Origin: Gammaproteobacteria bacterium
Lineage (GTDB): Bacteria; Pseudomonadota; Gammaproteobacteria; UBA4575
Direction: 5' to 3'
Length of the DNA: 49,937 nt
NCBI GenBank assembly: GCA_050633765.1
Contig: JBOEHC010000057.1
Span: 1-49,937 of the forward strand
The position numbers and the translations under genes were made by a program. Position 1 is the stretch's first letter. Every line of letters begins with the position of its first letter. This document shows, one piece after another, positions 39,645 through 49,937 of the stretch. The notes beneath the pieces were generated by a model. The model was not told the origin of the DNA. It did not search any database and saw nothing but the letters and a program-made list of their open reading frames with translations.

Positions 39645-39766
39645 AAAAATAATGGATTTTGCCTCGAGATGAGGCACGTTTTTTCGAGTAGCGGAGTTTA
39701 CTTGGTCGTAAATGAGCAATAGAGAAAAAAGCAGTAACGAAATATCGAGGCAAAAGACATATTTTT
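39645..39766. repeat. Copy B of the ~120-bp imperfect-palindrome intergenic repeat family
   Basis: Perfect 11-bp terminal inverted repeat TTTTGCCTCGA / TCGAGGCAAAA, mirrored T6/A6 runs and central hairpin GTTTAC-TTGGTC-GTAAAT. It fills the iscA|hscB spacer. Confidence 0.75.
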
Positions 39767-40088
39767 AAACGGAGAAGCTTTCACCACACCCACACCTATC
39801 TTTCTCATTAGGGTTGGTAAACTTAAACCCTTCATTCAAACCTTCACGTGTAAAATCTAACTCAGTACCACTTAGATAGACCATACTTTTAGGGTTGACG
39901 ATAACCTTTACACCCTTATCCTCAAAAACCTGGTCTTCATCTTCTATTTGATCTGCAAATTCAATGGTATACGCCATGCCTGAGCAACCAGTTGTTTTAA
40001 CGCCCAAACGCACACCTAAACCCTTACCTCGTTTATCGAGATAATTTTTTACATGCGTTGCTGCGCTATCAGTTAATGAAACAGACAT
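39765..40088 (-). CDS. iscA: Fe-S cluster insertion protein IscA
   Basis: 107 aa. A-type carrier with GCSG and C-terminal CGCGESF. Confidence 0.93.
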   Translation of the reverse strand: MSVSLTDSAATHVKNYLDKRGKGLGVRLGVKTTGCSGMAYTIEFADQIEDEDQVFEDKGVKVIVNPKSMVYLSGTELDFTREGLNEGFKFTNPNEKDRCGCGESFSV

Positions 40089-40102
40089 ATTAATTACTCT
40101 TC

Positions 40103-40522
40103 TTAAGCAATCTTCTTCTGTTGTTGCTCATCTTCCAATTGGCCATCAGCCTTAGACTTAAGATCAGTGATCGCAGCTTTAATAGCATCTTCCGCTAATA
40201 CCGAGCAATGAATTTTAACAGGCGGAAGCGCAAGCTCTTCTGCAATATCAGTATTTTTGATTTCGCTAGCTTGCTCCAATGTTTTACCTTTAACCCATTC
40301 GGTTAACAGACTAGATGAAGCAATTGCTGAGCCACAGCCGTAGGTTTTGAACTTTGCATCTTCGATTACACCGTCATCACCCACTTTGATTTGTAATTTC
40401 ATCACATCACCACAAGCTGGTGCACCGACCATACCGGTACCAACAGTTGGATCATCTTTTTCAAAAGACCCAACATTGCGTGGATTCTCATAGTGATCTA
40501 GAACTTTGTCACTGTATGCCAT
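40103..40522 (-). CDS. iscU: Fe-S cluster scaffold IscU
   Basis: 139 aa. [19 protein letters not shown] and LPPVKIHCS. Confidence 0.95.
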   Translation of the reverse strand: MAYSDKVLDHYENPRNVGSFEKDDPTVGTGMVGAPACGDVMKLQIKVGDDGVIEDAKFKTYGCGSAIASSSLLTEWVKGKTLEQASEIKNTDIAEELALPPVKIHCSVLAEDAIKAAITDLKSKADGQLEDEQQQKKIA

Positions 40523-40575
40523 GGTTATCGTCTCCTATTATTTCCTAATTCTAATATTTTCTATTCCGTTTAAAT

Positions 40576-41799
40576 TTAATGTGCAGCCCATTCAATCGAC
40601 TTAAGATCGATGCCTTCTTTATACATATCCCATAATGGTGAAAGGTCACGCAATTTAATCACTGCGTCGCGGATAAGTTCTACCGCGTAATCTACTTCCT
40701 CTACAGTAGTGAACCGGCCAATAGTAAATCGAAGAGAACTATGCGCAAGCTCGTCATCTCTACCTAGAGCGCGCAATACATAACTCGGCTCAAGCGATGC
40801 ACTAGTACAAGCAGACCCGGAAGACACTGCAATATCTTTCAGCGCCATAATTAGACTTTCGCCCTCAACGTAGTTAAAGCTAACATTTAAATTACCGGGT
40901 ATACGTTGCTCTAAATCGCCATTGATATAGATTTCTTCCATATCTTTTAGACCATTCAGCAATCTATTACGCAGCATTAAAATTCGCTCATTGTCGGCAG
41001 CCATTTCTTCTTTAGCAATTCGAAACGCTTCACCCATGCCCACAATTTGATGAGTAGCCAGCGTTCCTGAACGCATACCACGCTCATGCCCGCCACCGTG
41101 AATTTGCGCTTCAATTCGTACTCTTGGCTTTCTACGCACAAACAAAGCACCAATGCCTTTTGGTCCGTACACTTTATGTGCTGATAAACTCATTAAATCC
41201 ACATTCATATCTTCAACATCAACAGGTACTTTGCCAGGACTTTGAGCAGCGTCTACATGAAAAATTATTTTTCGCTCGCGAGTAATTTCACCAATCGCTT
41301 TAATATCTTGAATGACACCAATTTCGTTATTGACATGCATAATGGAAATTAAAACAGTATCTTCACGAATAGCTGCTTTTAGAACATCTAAATCAACCAA
41401 GCCATTATCAAGTGGCTCTAAATACGTTACCTCAAAACCTTCACGCTCAAGTTGGCGACAAGTATCTAACACTGCTTTGTGTTCAGTTTTACAAGTAATG
41501 ATGTGCTTACCATTTTTTTGATAAAAATGTGCTGCACCTTTGATAGCTAAGTTATCTGATTCTGTAGCCCCACTGGTCCAAACAATCTCTTTAGGATTTG
41601 CATTGATTAAAACGGCAACATTGTTACGCGCTTCCTCAACCGCTTTATCAGCATTCCAACCAAAAACATGACTGCGAGAAGCTGGGTTCCCGTAGTTACC
41701 CTCTTTTGTTAAACAGTCCATCATCGCTTGCGCAACACGCTCATCCACTGGCGTTGTCGCACTGTAGTCTAGATATATAGGTACACTTACATCTGTCAC
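40576..41799 (-). CDS. iscS: Cysteine desulfurase IscS
   Basis: 407 aa. PLP Lys in [10 protein letters not shown] and catalytic loop SSGSACTS. Confidence 0.95.
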   Translation of the reverse strand: MTDVSVPIYLDYSATTPVDERVAQAMMDCLTKEGNYGNPASRSHVFGWNADKAVEEARNNVAVLINANPKEIVWTSGATESDNLAIKGAAHFYQKNGKHIITCKTEHKAVLDTCRQLEREGFEVTYLEPLDNGLVDLDVLKAAIREDTVLISIMHVNNEIGVIQDIKAIGEITRERKIIFHVDAAQSPGKVPVDVEDMNVDLMSLSAHKVYGPKGIGALFVRRKPRVRIEAQIHGGGHERGMRSGTLATHQIVGMGEAFRIAKEEMAADNERILMLRNRLLNGLKDMEEIYINGDLEQRIPGNLNVSFNYVEGESLIMALKDIAVSSGSACTSASLEPSYVLRALGRDDELAHSSLRFTIGRFTTVEEVDYAVELIRDAVIKLRDLSPLWDMYKEGIDLKSIEWAAH

Positions 41800-41829
41800 T
41801 TTCTTATCCTTAATAAAAAATCTTCTAAC

Positions 41830-42288
41830 TTAACCAAACTCAACACGATGCACTTGATGATCCTGTCGTGTTGCCACTTCACGCACACTTAAATCGCTCA
41901 CTGCTTGCGCTAAACTAATGTTAGAGAGGTAGCTTCTAATTTCACCACTCAAGTTTTCCCACAAATCATGCGTTAAACAACGTTGATGGTTTTGGCAATC
42001 TGCTTTACCTCTACAACGTGTGGCATCTACATTTTCATCTACGGCATCAATTACATCAGAAATGGCAATTTGTTTTGAGTCTACCGCCAAGGAATAACCA
42101 CCACCTGGGCCACGAGTACTTTTCACCAAACCTTGTTGACGCAAACGAGTAAACAGCTGCTCTAAATACGACAATGATATTCCTTGTCGATCTGCTATAT
42201 CTGACAATGAGACTGGGCCAGACTGATGATGCAATGCGATATCAAACATCGCTGTCACTGCGTATCGACCCTTAGTGCTCAATTTCAT
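41830..42288 (-). CDS. iscR: Fe-S cluster regulator IscR (Rrf2 family)
   Basis: 152 aa. Rrf2 HTH and three clustered Cys (C....C.....C) for the [2Fe-2S] cluster. Confidence 0.92.
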   Translation of the reverse strand: MKLSTKGRYAVTAMFDIALHHQSGPVSLSDIADRQGISLSYLEQLFTRLRQQGLVKSTRGPGGGYSLAVDSKQIAISDVIDAVDENVDATRCRGKADCQNHQRCLTHDLWENLSGEIRSYLSNISLAQAVSDLSVREVATRQDHQVHRVEFG

Positions 42289-42341
42289 GGTGCGCTATCC
42301 TCGCTATGATTAGCCCAATTACTAGGATCTTAGTATAGCAA

Positions 42342-42366
42342 ATAACCCAGTAGTTCACTCAGGTAT
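42342..42366. promoter_or_regulatory. Candidate IscR type-1 box upstream of iscR
   Basis: ATAACCCAGTAGTTCACTCAGGTAT matches about 20 of 25 positions of the type-1 consensus ATASYYGACTRWWWYAGTCRRSTAT, which I recalled from memory. It lies 54-78 nt upstream of the iscR ATG. Confidence 0.35.
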
Positions 42367-42460
42367 TATAGAGAGATAGGCAATAGACGGCACTATCCAC
42401 AAGGTAGGGTGAGGCTACAAAAACGAGCCAATACCCTTAAAATAATGAGGTATTAGATGT

Positions 42461-43231
42461 TTATTTATCGAGAGAATCTGTCTGGCGTTTAGCTTTTTGT
42501 GTGGCGCTTAATATGCCACGCATAATATTTGCTTCCACCAAGGTGGGTCTAGCACGACTATAAAGATGGCGCAAACGACGCATCAACAGTTTTGGTTGCT
42601 TGGGATCAAAAAAATCTATTTCTTGAAGCGTTTGTTGCATATGTTCAAATAAATTCTCTAATTGCTCTACTGTCGCCAGCGGATCAACCTCAACACTTGT
42701 GTGCAGATCATTATCTGCGGCTTTATTAACAGAAGATAATTTCAAAGACGCATTATAAATTTCATAGCTAATAACTTGCACTGCTGAAGCTAAATTTAAT
42801 GAACTGAACTCCCAATTTGCAGGAATCGTTGTTAAATAGTGGCATTGATCTAGCTCCTCATTAGATAGACCACTACTCTCTCTGCCAAACACAATGGCCA
42901 CATCACCTAGCTCAAGCTCTTGCCACACTTTGACACCTAACGCATCTGGCTTAATCTCTGGACATTGCAGTCCTCGTTCCCGTGCACTTGCACCGACAAC
43001 AAATGTGCAGTCTGCTATAGCTTCTTTGAGTGAACTGCATATTACCGCACGCTCAAGAACATCTATCGCTCCCGTAGCACGTGCTCTTGCCTGACCACTT
43101 GGAAAATCTTCAGGATTAACCAACACCAAATTTTCAATGCACATGGTTTTAGCCGCACGTGCAGCTGCTCCAATATTTCCTGGATGCGAAGGTTCTACCA
43201 GAACAATTTTGATTTGATGAGGTTTATTCAT
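42461..43231 (-). CDS. trmJ: tRNA (cytidine/uridine-2'-O)-methyltransferase TrmJ
   Basis: 256 aa. SpoU/TrmH fold (IVLVEPSHPGNIGAAARA) and conserved suhB-trmJ-isc neighbourhood. Confidence 0.88.
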   Translation of the reverse strand: MNKPHQIKIVLVEPSHPGNIGAAARAAKTMCIENLVLVNPEDFPSGQARARATGAIDVLERAVICSSLKEAIADCTFVVGASARERGLQCPEIKPDALGVKVWQELELGDVAIVFGRESSGLSNEELDQCHYLTTIPANWEFSSLNLASAVQVISYEIYNASLKLSSVNKAADNDLHTSVEVDPLATVEQLENLFEHMQQTLQEIDFFDPKQPKLLMRRLRHLYSRARPTLVEANIMRGILSATQKAKRQTDSLDK

Positions 43232-43296
43232 TAATTATGGTTATGGAAAAATTTAGTTCAGTAAATATTATAACGGCTCTAGTCATTGCAAATCCG

Positions 43297-43366
43297 GCAT
43301 ACAGTACGTCCATGCACGTTACTGACAACTGCATCCTGCGTTGCCAGCATACAATACGTCCATGTA
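43297..43366. repeat. Two ~20-bp direct repeats spaced 50 bp apart in the trmJ / suhB divergent spacer
   Basis: GCATACAGTACGTCCATGCA (43297-43316) and GCATACAATACGTCCATGTA (43347-43366) match at 18 of 20 positions. Confidence 0.6.
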
Positions 43367-43444
43367 TATAAAATGTATACGTAATTTGTAGGTCAGTGCT
43401 ATGCTGCGTTAAATTTTTTCACCCATCAACCATACCAATACAAT

Positions 43445-44239
43445 ATGCAAGCTACTTTAAATATTGCAATAGAGGCCGCACGCGAAGCTGGAAAAGTCAT
43501 ATTCCGTAATATGTCACGTGTGCACTCGCTTAACATCCAGACAAAAGAGAAAAATGATTTTGTAAGCGAAGTAGATTTACAAGCTGAACAAGAAATTATC
43601 AATGTCATCCATCGCGTTTACCCTCAACATGGTATTTTGGCTGAAGAAAGCGGTTCCGCTAATAGTGGAAGCGACGATGAGTATCAGTGGATCATCGACC
43701 CTTTGGACGGTACGACTAATTTTTTACGAGGCTTCCCTCATTATTCTGTATCAATTGCCCTAAAGCATAAAGATCGTCTTGAAGTTGGCGTAATTTACGA
43801 CCCGTTTAAAGATGAACTATTTTGCGCATGTCGCGGCAGCGGCGCATCACTCAATGATAGGAAAATTAGAGTCTCGAAATTGGCTAGTTTTGAAGGAGCC
43901 TTATTAGCAACTGGATTTCCATTTAGAGAAAACCAAAATATCGACACATACCTCGCTTCACTGAAAGATATCATGCTGCAAACCTCTGGTATCCGTCGTG
44001 CAGGCTCTGCAGCGCTTGATCTAGCCTATGTTGCTGCTGGACGAGTGGATGGGTTTTGGGAATTTGGCTTGAATACCTGGGACATTGCAGCGGGCTGCTT
44101 AATTACTCAAGAAGCGGGAGGGTTAGTAGGTGACCCAGAAGGCGGGCATTCACACTTAGAAACTGGCAACGTGGTTGCTGCAAATACGAAGATTTTTCGC
44201 CAGATTTTACAAAGCCTAAATAAATCTAATTCAGCTTAA
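43445..44239 (+). CDS. suhB: Inositol monophosphatase family protein SuhB
   Basis: 264 aa. EE, WIIDPLDGT and the WDIAAG metal-binding motif. Confidence 0.92.
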   Translation: MQATLNIAIEAAREAGKVIFRNMSRVHSLNIQTKEKNDFVSEVDLQAEQEIINVIHRVYPQHGILAEESGSANSGSDDEYQWIIDPLDGTTNFLRGFPHYSVSIALKHKDRLEVGVIYDPFKDELFCACRGSGASLNDRKIRVSKLASFEGALLATGFPFRENQNIDTYLASLKDIMLQTSGIRRAGSAALDLAYVAAGRVDGFWEFGLNTWDIAAGCLITQEAGGLVGDPEGGHSHLETGNVVAANTKIFRQILQSLNKSNSA

Positions 44240-44247
44240 ATAAAAAC

Positions 44248-45186
44248 TTATACCTGACTGCCATCCTCATTAGGGTTGTCTACTTCAGGCTGTATAAGGT
44301 CTTCTTTGCTAACATTAAGCGCCAACAATGAAGAACCCGCAACATAAATAGATGAATAAGTCCCTACAATCACACCTACAATCAAAGCGATGGAGAATGA
44401 GTGTATTACTTCTCCGCCAAATACAAATAACGCTATTAACACAAGCAAAGTAGTAATCGAAGTCATTAAAGTTCGAGACAATGTTTGGTTAATGGATGTA
44501 TTGAGAACACCTTCCGAGGTAGCTTTGCGCAAACGCCGAAAGTTTTCACGTATACGATCAAACACTACAATCGTATCATTCAGTGAATAACCAATCACCG
44601 CAAGTAAAGCTGCTAGCACAGTAAGATCGAATTCAATTTGGGTAATTGCAAAAAACCCAACTACTAAAATTACGTCATGAATTAATGCCGCTACAGAGCC
44701 TAAAGAAAAGCGCCACTCAAAGCGCAAGGCAACATAAATAAGTATGCCTATTAAGGCGTAAAGCATGGCCAGGCCGCCTTTATCACGCAGCTCATCACCG
44801 ACTTGCGGACCCACAAATTCAACGCGACGCATTTCAGGCTCGCCTGTAACCGCAAGCGCTGCTAACACGTTATTACTTAATTGAGCTTTATCATCATCGT
44901 TGTCGGCAACCGGCAAACGAATCAGCACATCTTTCGCTGTACCAAAATGTTGCACAATATAATCACCAAAGCCATTATCTGCTAGCGCTTTTCTAACTGG
45001 AGCCAGTTCTACCGATTCTGCGTACCCTACTTCTACCAAAGTGCCGCCAGTAAAATCAATTCCCAAATTCAATCCACGCGTAACCATTGCCGCGATTGAA
45101 ATTATAATCAATATAAGCGAGATCACTAACGCAAGCTTTCGCTTGCCCATGAAATCAAAATTAATATTTTCTTTTAACAGTTGCAT
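44248..45186 (-). CDS. secF: Protein translocase subunit SecF
   Basis: 312 aa with six TM segments. GIDFTGG, and it follows secD. Confidence 0.93.
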   Translation of the reverse strand: MQLLKENINFDFMGKRKLALVISLILIIISIAAMVTRGLNLGIDFTGGTLVEVGYAESVELAPVRKALADNGFGDYIVQHFGTAKDVLIRLPVADNDDDKAQLSNNVLAALAVTGEPEMRRVEFVGPQVGDELRDKGGLAMLYALIGILIYVALRFEWRFSLGSVAALIHDVILVVGFFAITQIEFDLTVLAALLAVIGYSLNDTIVVFDRIRENFRRLRKATSEGVLNTSINQTLSRTLMTSITTLLVLIALFVFGGEVIHSFSIALIVGVIVGTYSSIYVAGSSLLALNVSKEDLIQPEVDNPNEDGSQV

Positions 45187-45201
45187 AACTTTAAATTTTA
45201 T

Positions 45202-47061
45202 TTAAATGGCTAGCGAAGGGGTTTTCTTATTGCCGTAGTACATATTCACCAATGCACGTGTTCCCATAATGGCGGTAAACATCGAACACACTATTCCAAT
45301 CGATAAGGTGACAGCGAAACCTTTAATAGGCCCGGTACCAAATACAAATAAAACCACCGCTGCAATTAATGTAGTGATGTTCGCGTCTGCAATGGTTGAT
45401 AGTGCTTTTGCGTAGCCAGCATGAATACTTGCTTGGGGGGAATTACCGTTACGCAATTCTTCTCGTATACGTTCAAATATGAGCACGTTGGCATCCACCG
45501 CCATACCAACCGTTAATACAATTCCCGCAATACCAGGCAACGTGAGCGTAGCACCCGGAATTAATGACATTATTCCAATTATCAGCACTAAATTAGCCGC
45601 CAAGGCAACGTTGGCCGCAATACCAAATGCTTTGTAATAGAAAAGCATGAACAGCATTACTAACACCAGGCCAATTAAAATAGATTTTTTACCAAGCTCA
45701 ATGTTTTGCTTACCCAAACTCGGACCGACAGTTCGTTCTTCAACAATTTCTACTGGCGCTGCAAGCGCACCTGCGCGAAGCAATAAAGATAGCTTCAATG
45801 CCTCATGTGTTGAATCTAAACCTTCAATTTGAAAACGCTTACTCAGTTGCTCTTGAATACGAGCGACATTAATCACTTCTTCACTTCTGATGGTTTTCCT
45901 GATTTTCTCGCCATCTTTATTTACCGTAACTGTTTTATTATCAATAAATACCACGGCCATAAGTTTTTTAATGTTCTCGCCCGTGACTTTTGCAAATCGA
46001 CTCGCACCTTGACTATCAAGTGTGATAATTGCAGCCGGCGAGCCATTTTCATCAAAACCCGAATTTGCATTAACAATGCGATCTCCCGTTAACATCACAT
46101 TGCGTTTTAATAGAATAGGGTTTTTACTGTCGCGCTCGTAATACAAAACCGATCCAACCGGTACACGACCTGTTTCAGCTGCTGCGAACGGATCATTTTG
46201 CTCATCCACCATTCGAAACTCAACCGTTGCAGTCGCCCCTAATATCTCTTTAGCTTGTGCAGTGTCTTGCACACCTGGTAACTGGACAACAATACGCTCA
46301 GCGCCTTGCTGCTGAATTACCGGTTCTGCCACACCCAACTCATTCACACGATTGCGCAAGGTTTGTATATTTTGCTGTATCGCTAATGTTTGAATTTCTC
46401 TTAATGCATCTTCACTGACTTTAGCGGTAACAAAATAATTACCGGATTCGTCACTTTCATTGAACACTAACTCATTAAAATATTCTTCACGCAGCGCATC
46501 TAGACCTGCAGCTCTACTTTCTTCATCACGAAATTTTACTTTTAATTCATCTTGGCCCTGGGACACAGAGAACCGTCTTTGGTCAGCTTCACGCAATGTT
46601 GTTCTAAAAGAAGATACATAATTATTAATGGCTTTCTTTTTTGCAGCATCCATATCTACCTGCAATAGAAAATGCACACCACCGCGCAAATCTAAACCTA
46701 GATTCATAGGTGAAGCACCCAAACTTCTTAACCAAGCAGGCGTAGCAGGAGCTAAATTTAATGCCACTACATGCTGACCATCTAATACATCCTTAGATAT
46801 TTCTGAAGCCTGCAATTGTTTCTCGGTATCATCAAAACGCAATAAAATACGCCCATCATTCTGCTCTTCACCTAGTAGCTCAATATTTTTCTTAGCAAGT
46901 GCGTCTTTTACAACATCCAGTGTTGCATCACTTAATTCTCCAGACTCATGAGAAATTTGTACCGCAGGCACATTAGGGTAAAGATTTGGCAGCGCATATA
47001 ACGCAGCCGCTGCGACGATGAATGCTATGAGCAGATACTTCCACAGTGGATAATGATTCAT
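45202..47061 (-). CDS. secD: Protein translocase subunit SecD
   Basis: The track ORF extends to GTG 47070. The ATG at 47061 gives the canonical MNHYPLWKY start. It has a large periplasmic domain and six TM segments. Confidence 0.93.
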   Translation of the reverse strand: MNHYPLWKYLLIAFIVAAAALYALPNLYPNVPAVQISHESGELSDATLDVVKDALAKKNIELLGEEQNDGRILLRFDDTEKQLQASEISKDVLDGQHVVALNLAPATPAWLRSLGASPMNLGLDLRGGVHFLLQVDMDAAKKKAINNYVSSFRTTLREADQRRFSVSQGQDELKVKFRDEESRAAGLDALREEYFNELVFNESDESGNYFVTAKVSEDALREIQTLAIQQNIQTLRNRVNELGVAEPVIQQQGAERIVVQLPGVQDTAQAKEILGATATVEFRMVDEQNDPFAAAETGRVPVGSVLYYERDSKNPILLKRNVMLTGDRIVNANSGFDENGSPAAIITLDSQGASRFAKVTGENIKKLMAVVFIDNKTVTVNKDGEKIRKTIRSEEVINVARIQEQLSKRFQIEGLDSTHEALKLSLLLRAGALAAPVEIVEERTVGPSLGKQNIELGKKSILIGLVLVMLFMLFYYKAFGIAANVALAANLVLIIGIMSLIPGATLTLPGIAGIVLTVGMAVDANVLIFERIREELRNGNSPQASIHAGYAKALSTIADANITTLIAAVVLFVFGTGPIKGFAVTLSIGIVCSMFTAIMGTRALVNMYYGNKKTPSLAI

Positions 47062-47121
47062 TGGAACCACGGTCGTTTATTAGCCTTGTAGTTATTGATT
47101 AATTGAAATTATGCGCGCTAT

Positions 47122-47448
47122 TTAGTCTTGCTTAAGCGAACCTTTTGGCAATACTTTCGAAATTGAATTTTTTTGCAGTTTAATAACAACACCCTCAGTC
47201 ACTTCTATTTGTAGTGAGTTATCTCCTACCTTGGTAATCTTACCGAGCATGCCACCCGTAGTCTCTACCTCATCCCCTTTAGAAAGTGAGCCTATCAAGT
47301 TTTGATGCTCTTTAGCCCGCTTCTGCTGTGGACGAATGATCATAAAATACATGATGGCAAAAAATATGCCGATCATGATGAACATTTCATAACCCCCGCC
47401 TGCGGGTCCTGCTGCGCCTTCAGCCATTGCGTCGGATATTAAAAACAT
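47122..47448 (-). CDS. yajC: Preprotein translocase subunit YajC
   Basis: 108 aa. One TM followed by RPQQKR.KEH..L...L.KGDEV.T.GG..G. Confidence 0.9.
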   Translation of the reverse strand: MFLISDAMAEGAAGPAGGGYEMFIMIGIFFAIMYFMIIRPQQKRAKEHQNLIGSLSKGDEVETTGGMLGKITKVGDNSLQIEVTEGVVIKLQKNSISKVLPKGSLKQD

Positions 47449-47480
47449 AATTTAGTATGACTCAAATTTGGAGCGGCGTA

Positions 47481-48599
<1,119 letters not shown>

Positions 48600-48616
48600 T
48601 CACTTTATACTTTAAT

Positions 48617-49648
48617 TTACTTGTGAGATTTTTCTATAAACATTGCGTCACCATAACTGTAAAAACGGTATTTCTCTGTAACCGCATGTTGATATGCAGA
48701 CATTACCGTTTCATATCCTGCAAGTGCGCTCACTAACATTAGTAACGTAGATTTTGGCAAGTGGAAATTTGTGATTAATGCGTCGATCACTCTGAATGTA
48801 TATCCAGGATAAATAAATAACCGTGTATCCATCTCACATGACTCTATTTTACCTTCTTGCGCAGCCGACTCTAACGCTCTTGCCACCGTAGTCCCAACAG
48901 CAATGACTCTACCACCACGTTCTTTACACGCTATGATTTGATCACAAACTTGTTTGCCTACAATAATTTTTTCAGCATGAATTTTATGCTCTTTAATATT
49001 ACTTTCTCGAACCGGTTGAAACGTTCCTGCCCCCACATGCAAGGTTATATATGCAGTTTGCACGCCTTTCTGCTGCAAACTCGTTAATAACTTTTGGTCA
49101 AAATGCAACCCTGCCGTAGGCGCTGCTACCGCACCTTTATATTGCGCATACACGGTTTGATATCGATCACTATCTTTTTCATCTGGCTTGCGCTGGATAT
49201 AAGGCGGTAATGGCATGCTTCCTAGACTATCAAGCACATCTGTTACATCTGCTGCTTCAGCAAATTTTAAAATAAAAAAATCTTCTTGTCGGCCTTGCAC
49301 CACAGCTTTAACGTCATCCGCAAAATATATTTCTGTACCAGGCTTTGGACTTTTGCTTGCTTTAAGTTGCGCTAACACAGTTTGCGCATCAACGATTCTT
49401 TCTAACAAGAATTCTACTTTCCCACCTGACGACTTTCTACCTAACATGCGTGCAGGAATCACTTGCGTGTTATTCAAAACCAAAAGATCTTCTGGCAACA
49501 ATAACTCCAGTAAATCAACAAACTTTAGGTCGTTAAATGATTGCGTATTGGCTTTAAACTGCAAAAGACGACTTGCGGTACGTGAAGGCAATGGTTCCTG
49601 AGCAATTAATTCTTCAGGAAGGTGGTAATCAAATTGGTTTAAATTCAC
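48617..49648 (-). CDS. queA: S-adenosylmethionine:tRNA ribosyltransferase-isomerase
   Basis: 343 aa. F.Y.LPEELIAQ.P, APTAGLHF, VGTT and FYSYGDAM. Confidence 0.95.
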   Translation of the reverse strand: MNLNQFDYHLPEELIAQEPLPSRTASRLLQFKANTQSFNDLKFVDLLELLLPEDLLVLNNTQVIPARMLGRKSSGGKVEFLLERIVDAQTVLAQLKASKSPKPGTEIYFADDVKAVVQGRQEDFFILKFAEAADVTDVLDSLGSMPLPPYIQRKPDEKDSDRYQTVYAQYKGAVAAPTAGLHFDQKLLTSLQQKGVQTAYITLHVGAGTFQPVRESNIKEHKIHAEKIIVGKQVCDQIIACKERGGRVIAVGTTVARALESAAQEGKIESCEMDTRLFIYPGYTFRVIDALITNFHLPKSTLLMLVSALAGYETVMSAYQHAVTEKYRFYSYGDAMFIEKSHK

Positions 49649-49677
49649 AAACTACTTTTTATTGTTATGACTTGACC

Positions 49678-49705
49678 TTGCTAGCTTAGCAATTTGCGCT
49701 ACACT
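49678..49705 (+). promoter_or_regulatory. Candidate sigma-70 promoter for the tRNA genes
   Basis: TTGCTA - 16 nt - TACACT ends 22 nt before tRNA-Leu. The -35 element sits in a small palindrome, TTGCTAGCTTAGCAA. Confidence 0.3.
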
Positions 49706-49727
49706 AGACATTGATTGGGACAATATT

Positions 49728-49814
49728 GCCGGGGTGGCGGAACTGGTAGACGCGCCGGATTCAAAATCCGGTTATGGAAACATAGTGAGAGTTCGATTCT
49801 CTCCCTCGGCACCA
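49728..49814 (+). tRNA. tRNA-Leu, anticodon CAA
   Basis: Hand-folded. Acceptor GCCGGGG/CCTCGGC, anticodon arm CCGGA-TTCAAAA-TCCGG, a long variable arm, T arm GAGAG-TTCGATT-CTCTC, discriminator A and an encoded CCA. Confidence 0.9.
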
Positions 49815-49891
49815 CCTTTACGTGTAGGTACTACATGTAAATTAAGCATGGCAAAGCCATACAATCTCAATTTTTTGTCTAGTGAATTTCT

Positions 49892-49937
49892 GCCCCGATG
49901 GCACAGCTGGATAGCGCGTCCCCCTCCTAAGGGGAAG
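49892..49937 (+). tRNA. tRNA-Arg, anticodon CCT (5' part only, truncated by the window end)
   Basis: GCCCCGA acceptor, D arm with AGCTGGATA loop (one A-C mismatch in the stem) and anticodon arm TCCCC-CTCCTAA-GGGGA. Confidence 0.7.

Noticed and set aside
36667-39766. Calling the ~120-bp repeats true ERIC elements
   Set aside because: Some strings recall my memory of the ERIC consensus (TTACATA..GTAA, GCAACG..., terminal AGTAT-like ends). I cannot verify the alignment without a search, so only the architectural resemblance is claimed.

Overview
This window is AT-rich chromosomal core DNA from a proteobacterium with gamma/beta-type gene order. Almost all of it is housekeeping. On the plus strand there are thiD-thiE-hemL, preceded by a rubredoxin on the minus strand. 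A long, tightly packed minus-strand array follows: smc, zipA, ligA, a PilZ protein, an lpxA-like gene, a membrane protein, mpl, a Ser/Thr kinase, a Lon-N domain protein, thioredoxin and an ABC exporter. Next come queF and cysZ, an aminotransferase, and an ECF sigma factor with a putative anti-sigma partner. The classical block der-bamB-yfgM-hisS-rodZ-pilW-rlmN-ndk-iscX-fdx-hscA-hscB-iscA-iscU-iscS-iscR follows, then trmJ, suhB, secF-secD-yajC-tgt-queA, tRNA-Leu(CAA) and the start of tRNA-Arg(CCU). Two small accessory patches interrupt the core. Patch 1 (about 18.65-21.8 kb) holds an orphan small ORF, an HxlR regulator divergent from a cytochrome P460, a short Cys-rich CDF transporter, a DUF1289 protein and an orphan 146-aa ORF, separated by three REP-like hairpin elements. 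Patch 2 (about 24.85-28.24 kb) holds a glycine-zipper lipoprotein, a RES/Xre toxin-antitoxin pair with an operator-like palindrome, a tiny membrane protein, an orphan about 127 aa long and an SGNH lipoprotein that abuts der with no spacer. I saw no rRNA, CRISPR array, transposase, integrase or phage genes. The signal not explained by genes is a family of about 120-bp imperfect-palindrome repeats. They fill co-transcribed spacers (iscA|hscB, fdx|iscX, zipA|ligA) and reach the upstream stop codons. Other items worth a second look are a Hanks kinase fused to a degenerate cNMP-binding domain embedded in the mpl/thioredoxin array, an orphan lpxA paralog next to a PilZ gene, and a shared ACCAATTRGTA motif on both sides of hxlR. 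I cannot show that any of these is a new system. All functional calls rest on motif recognition by eye, not on searches.
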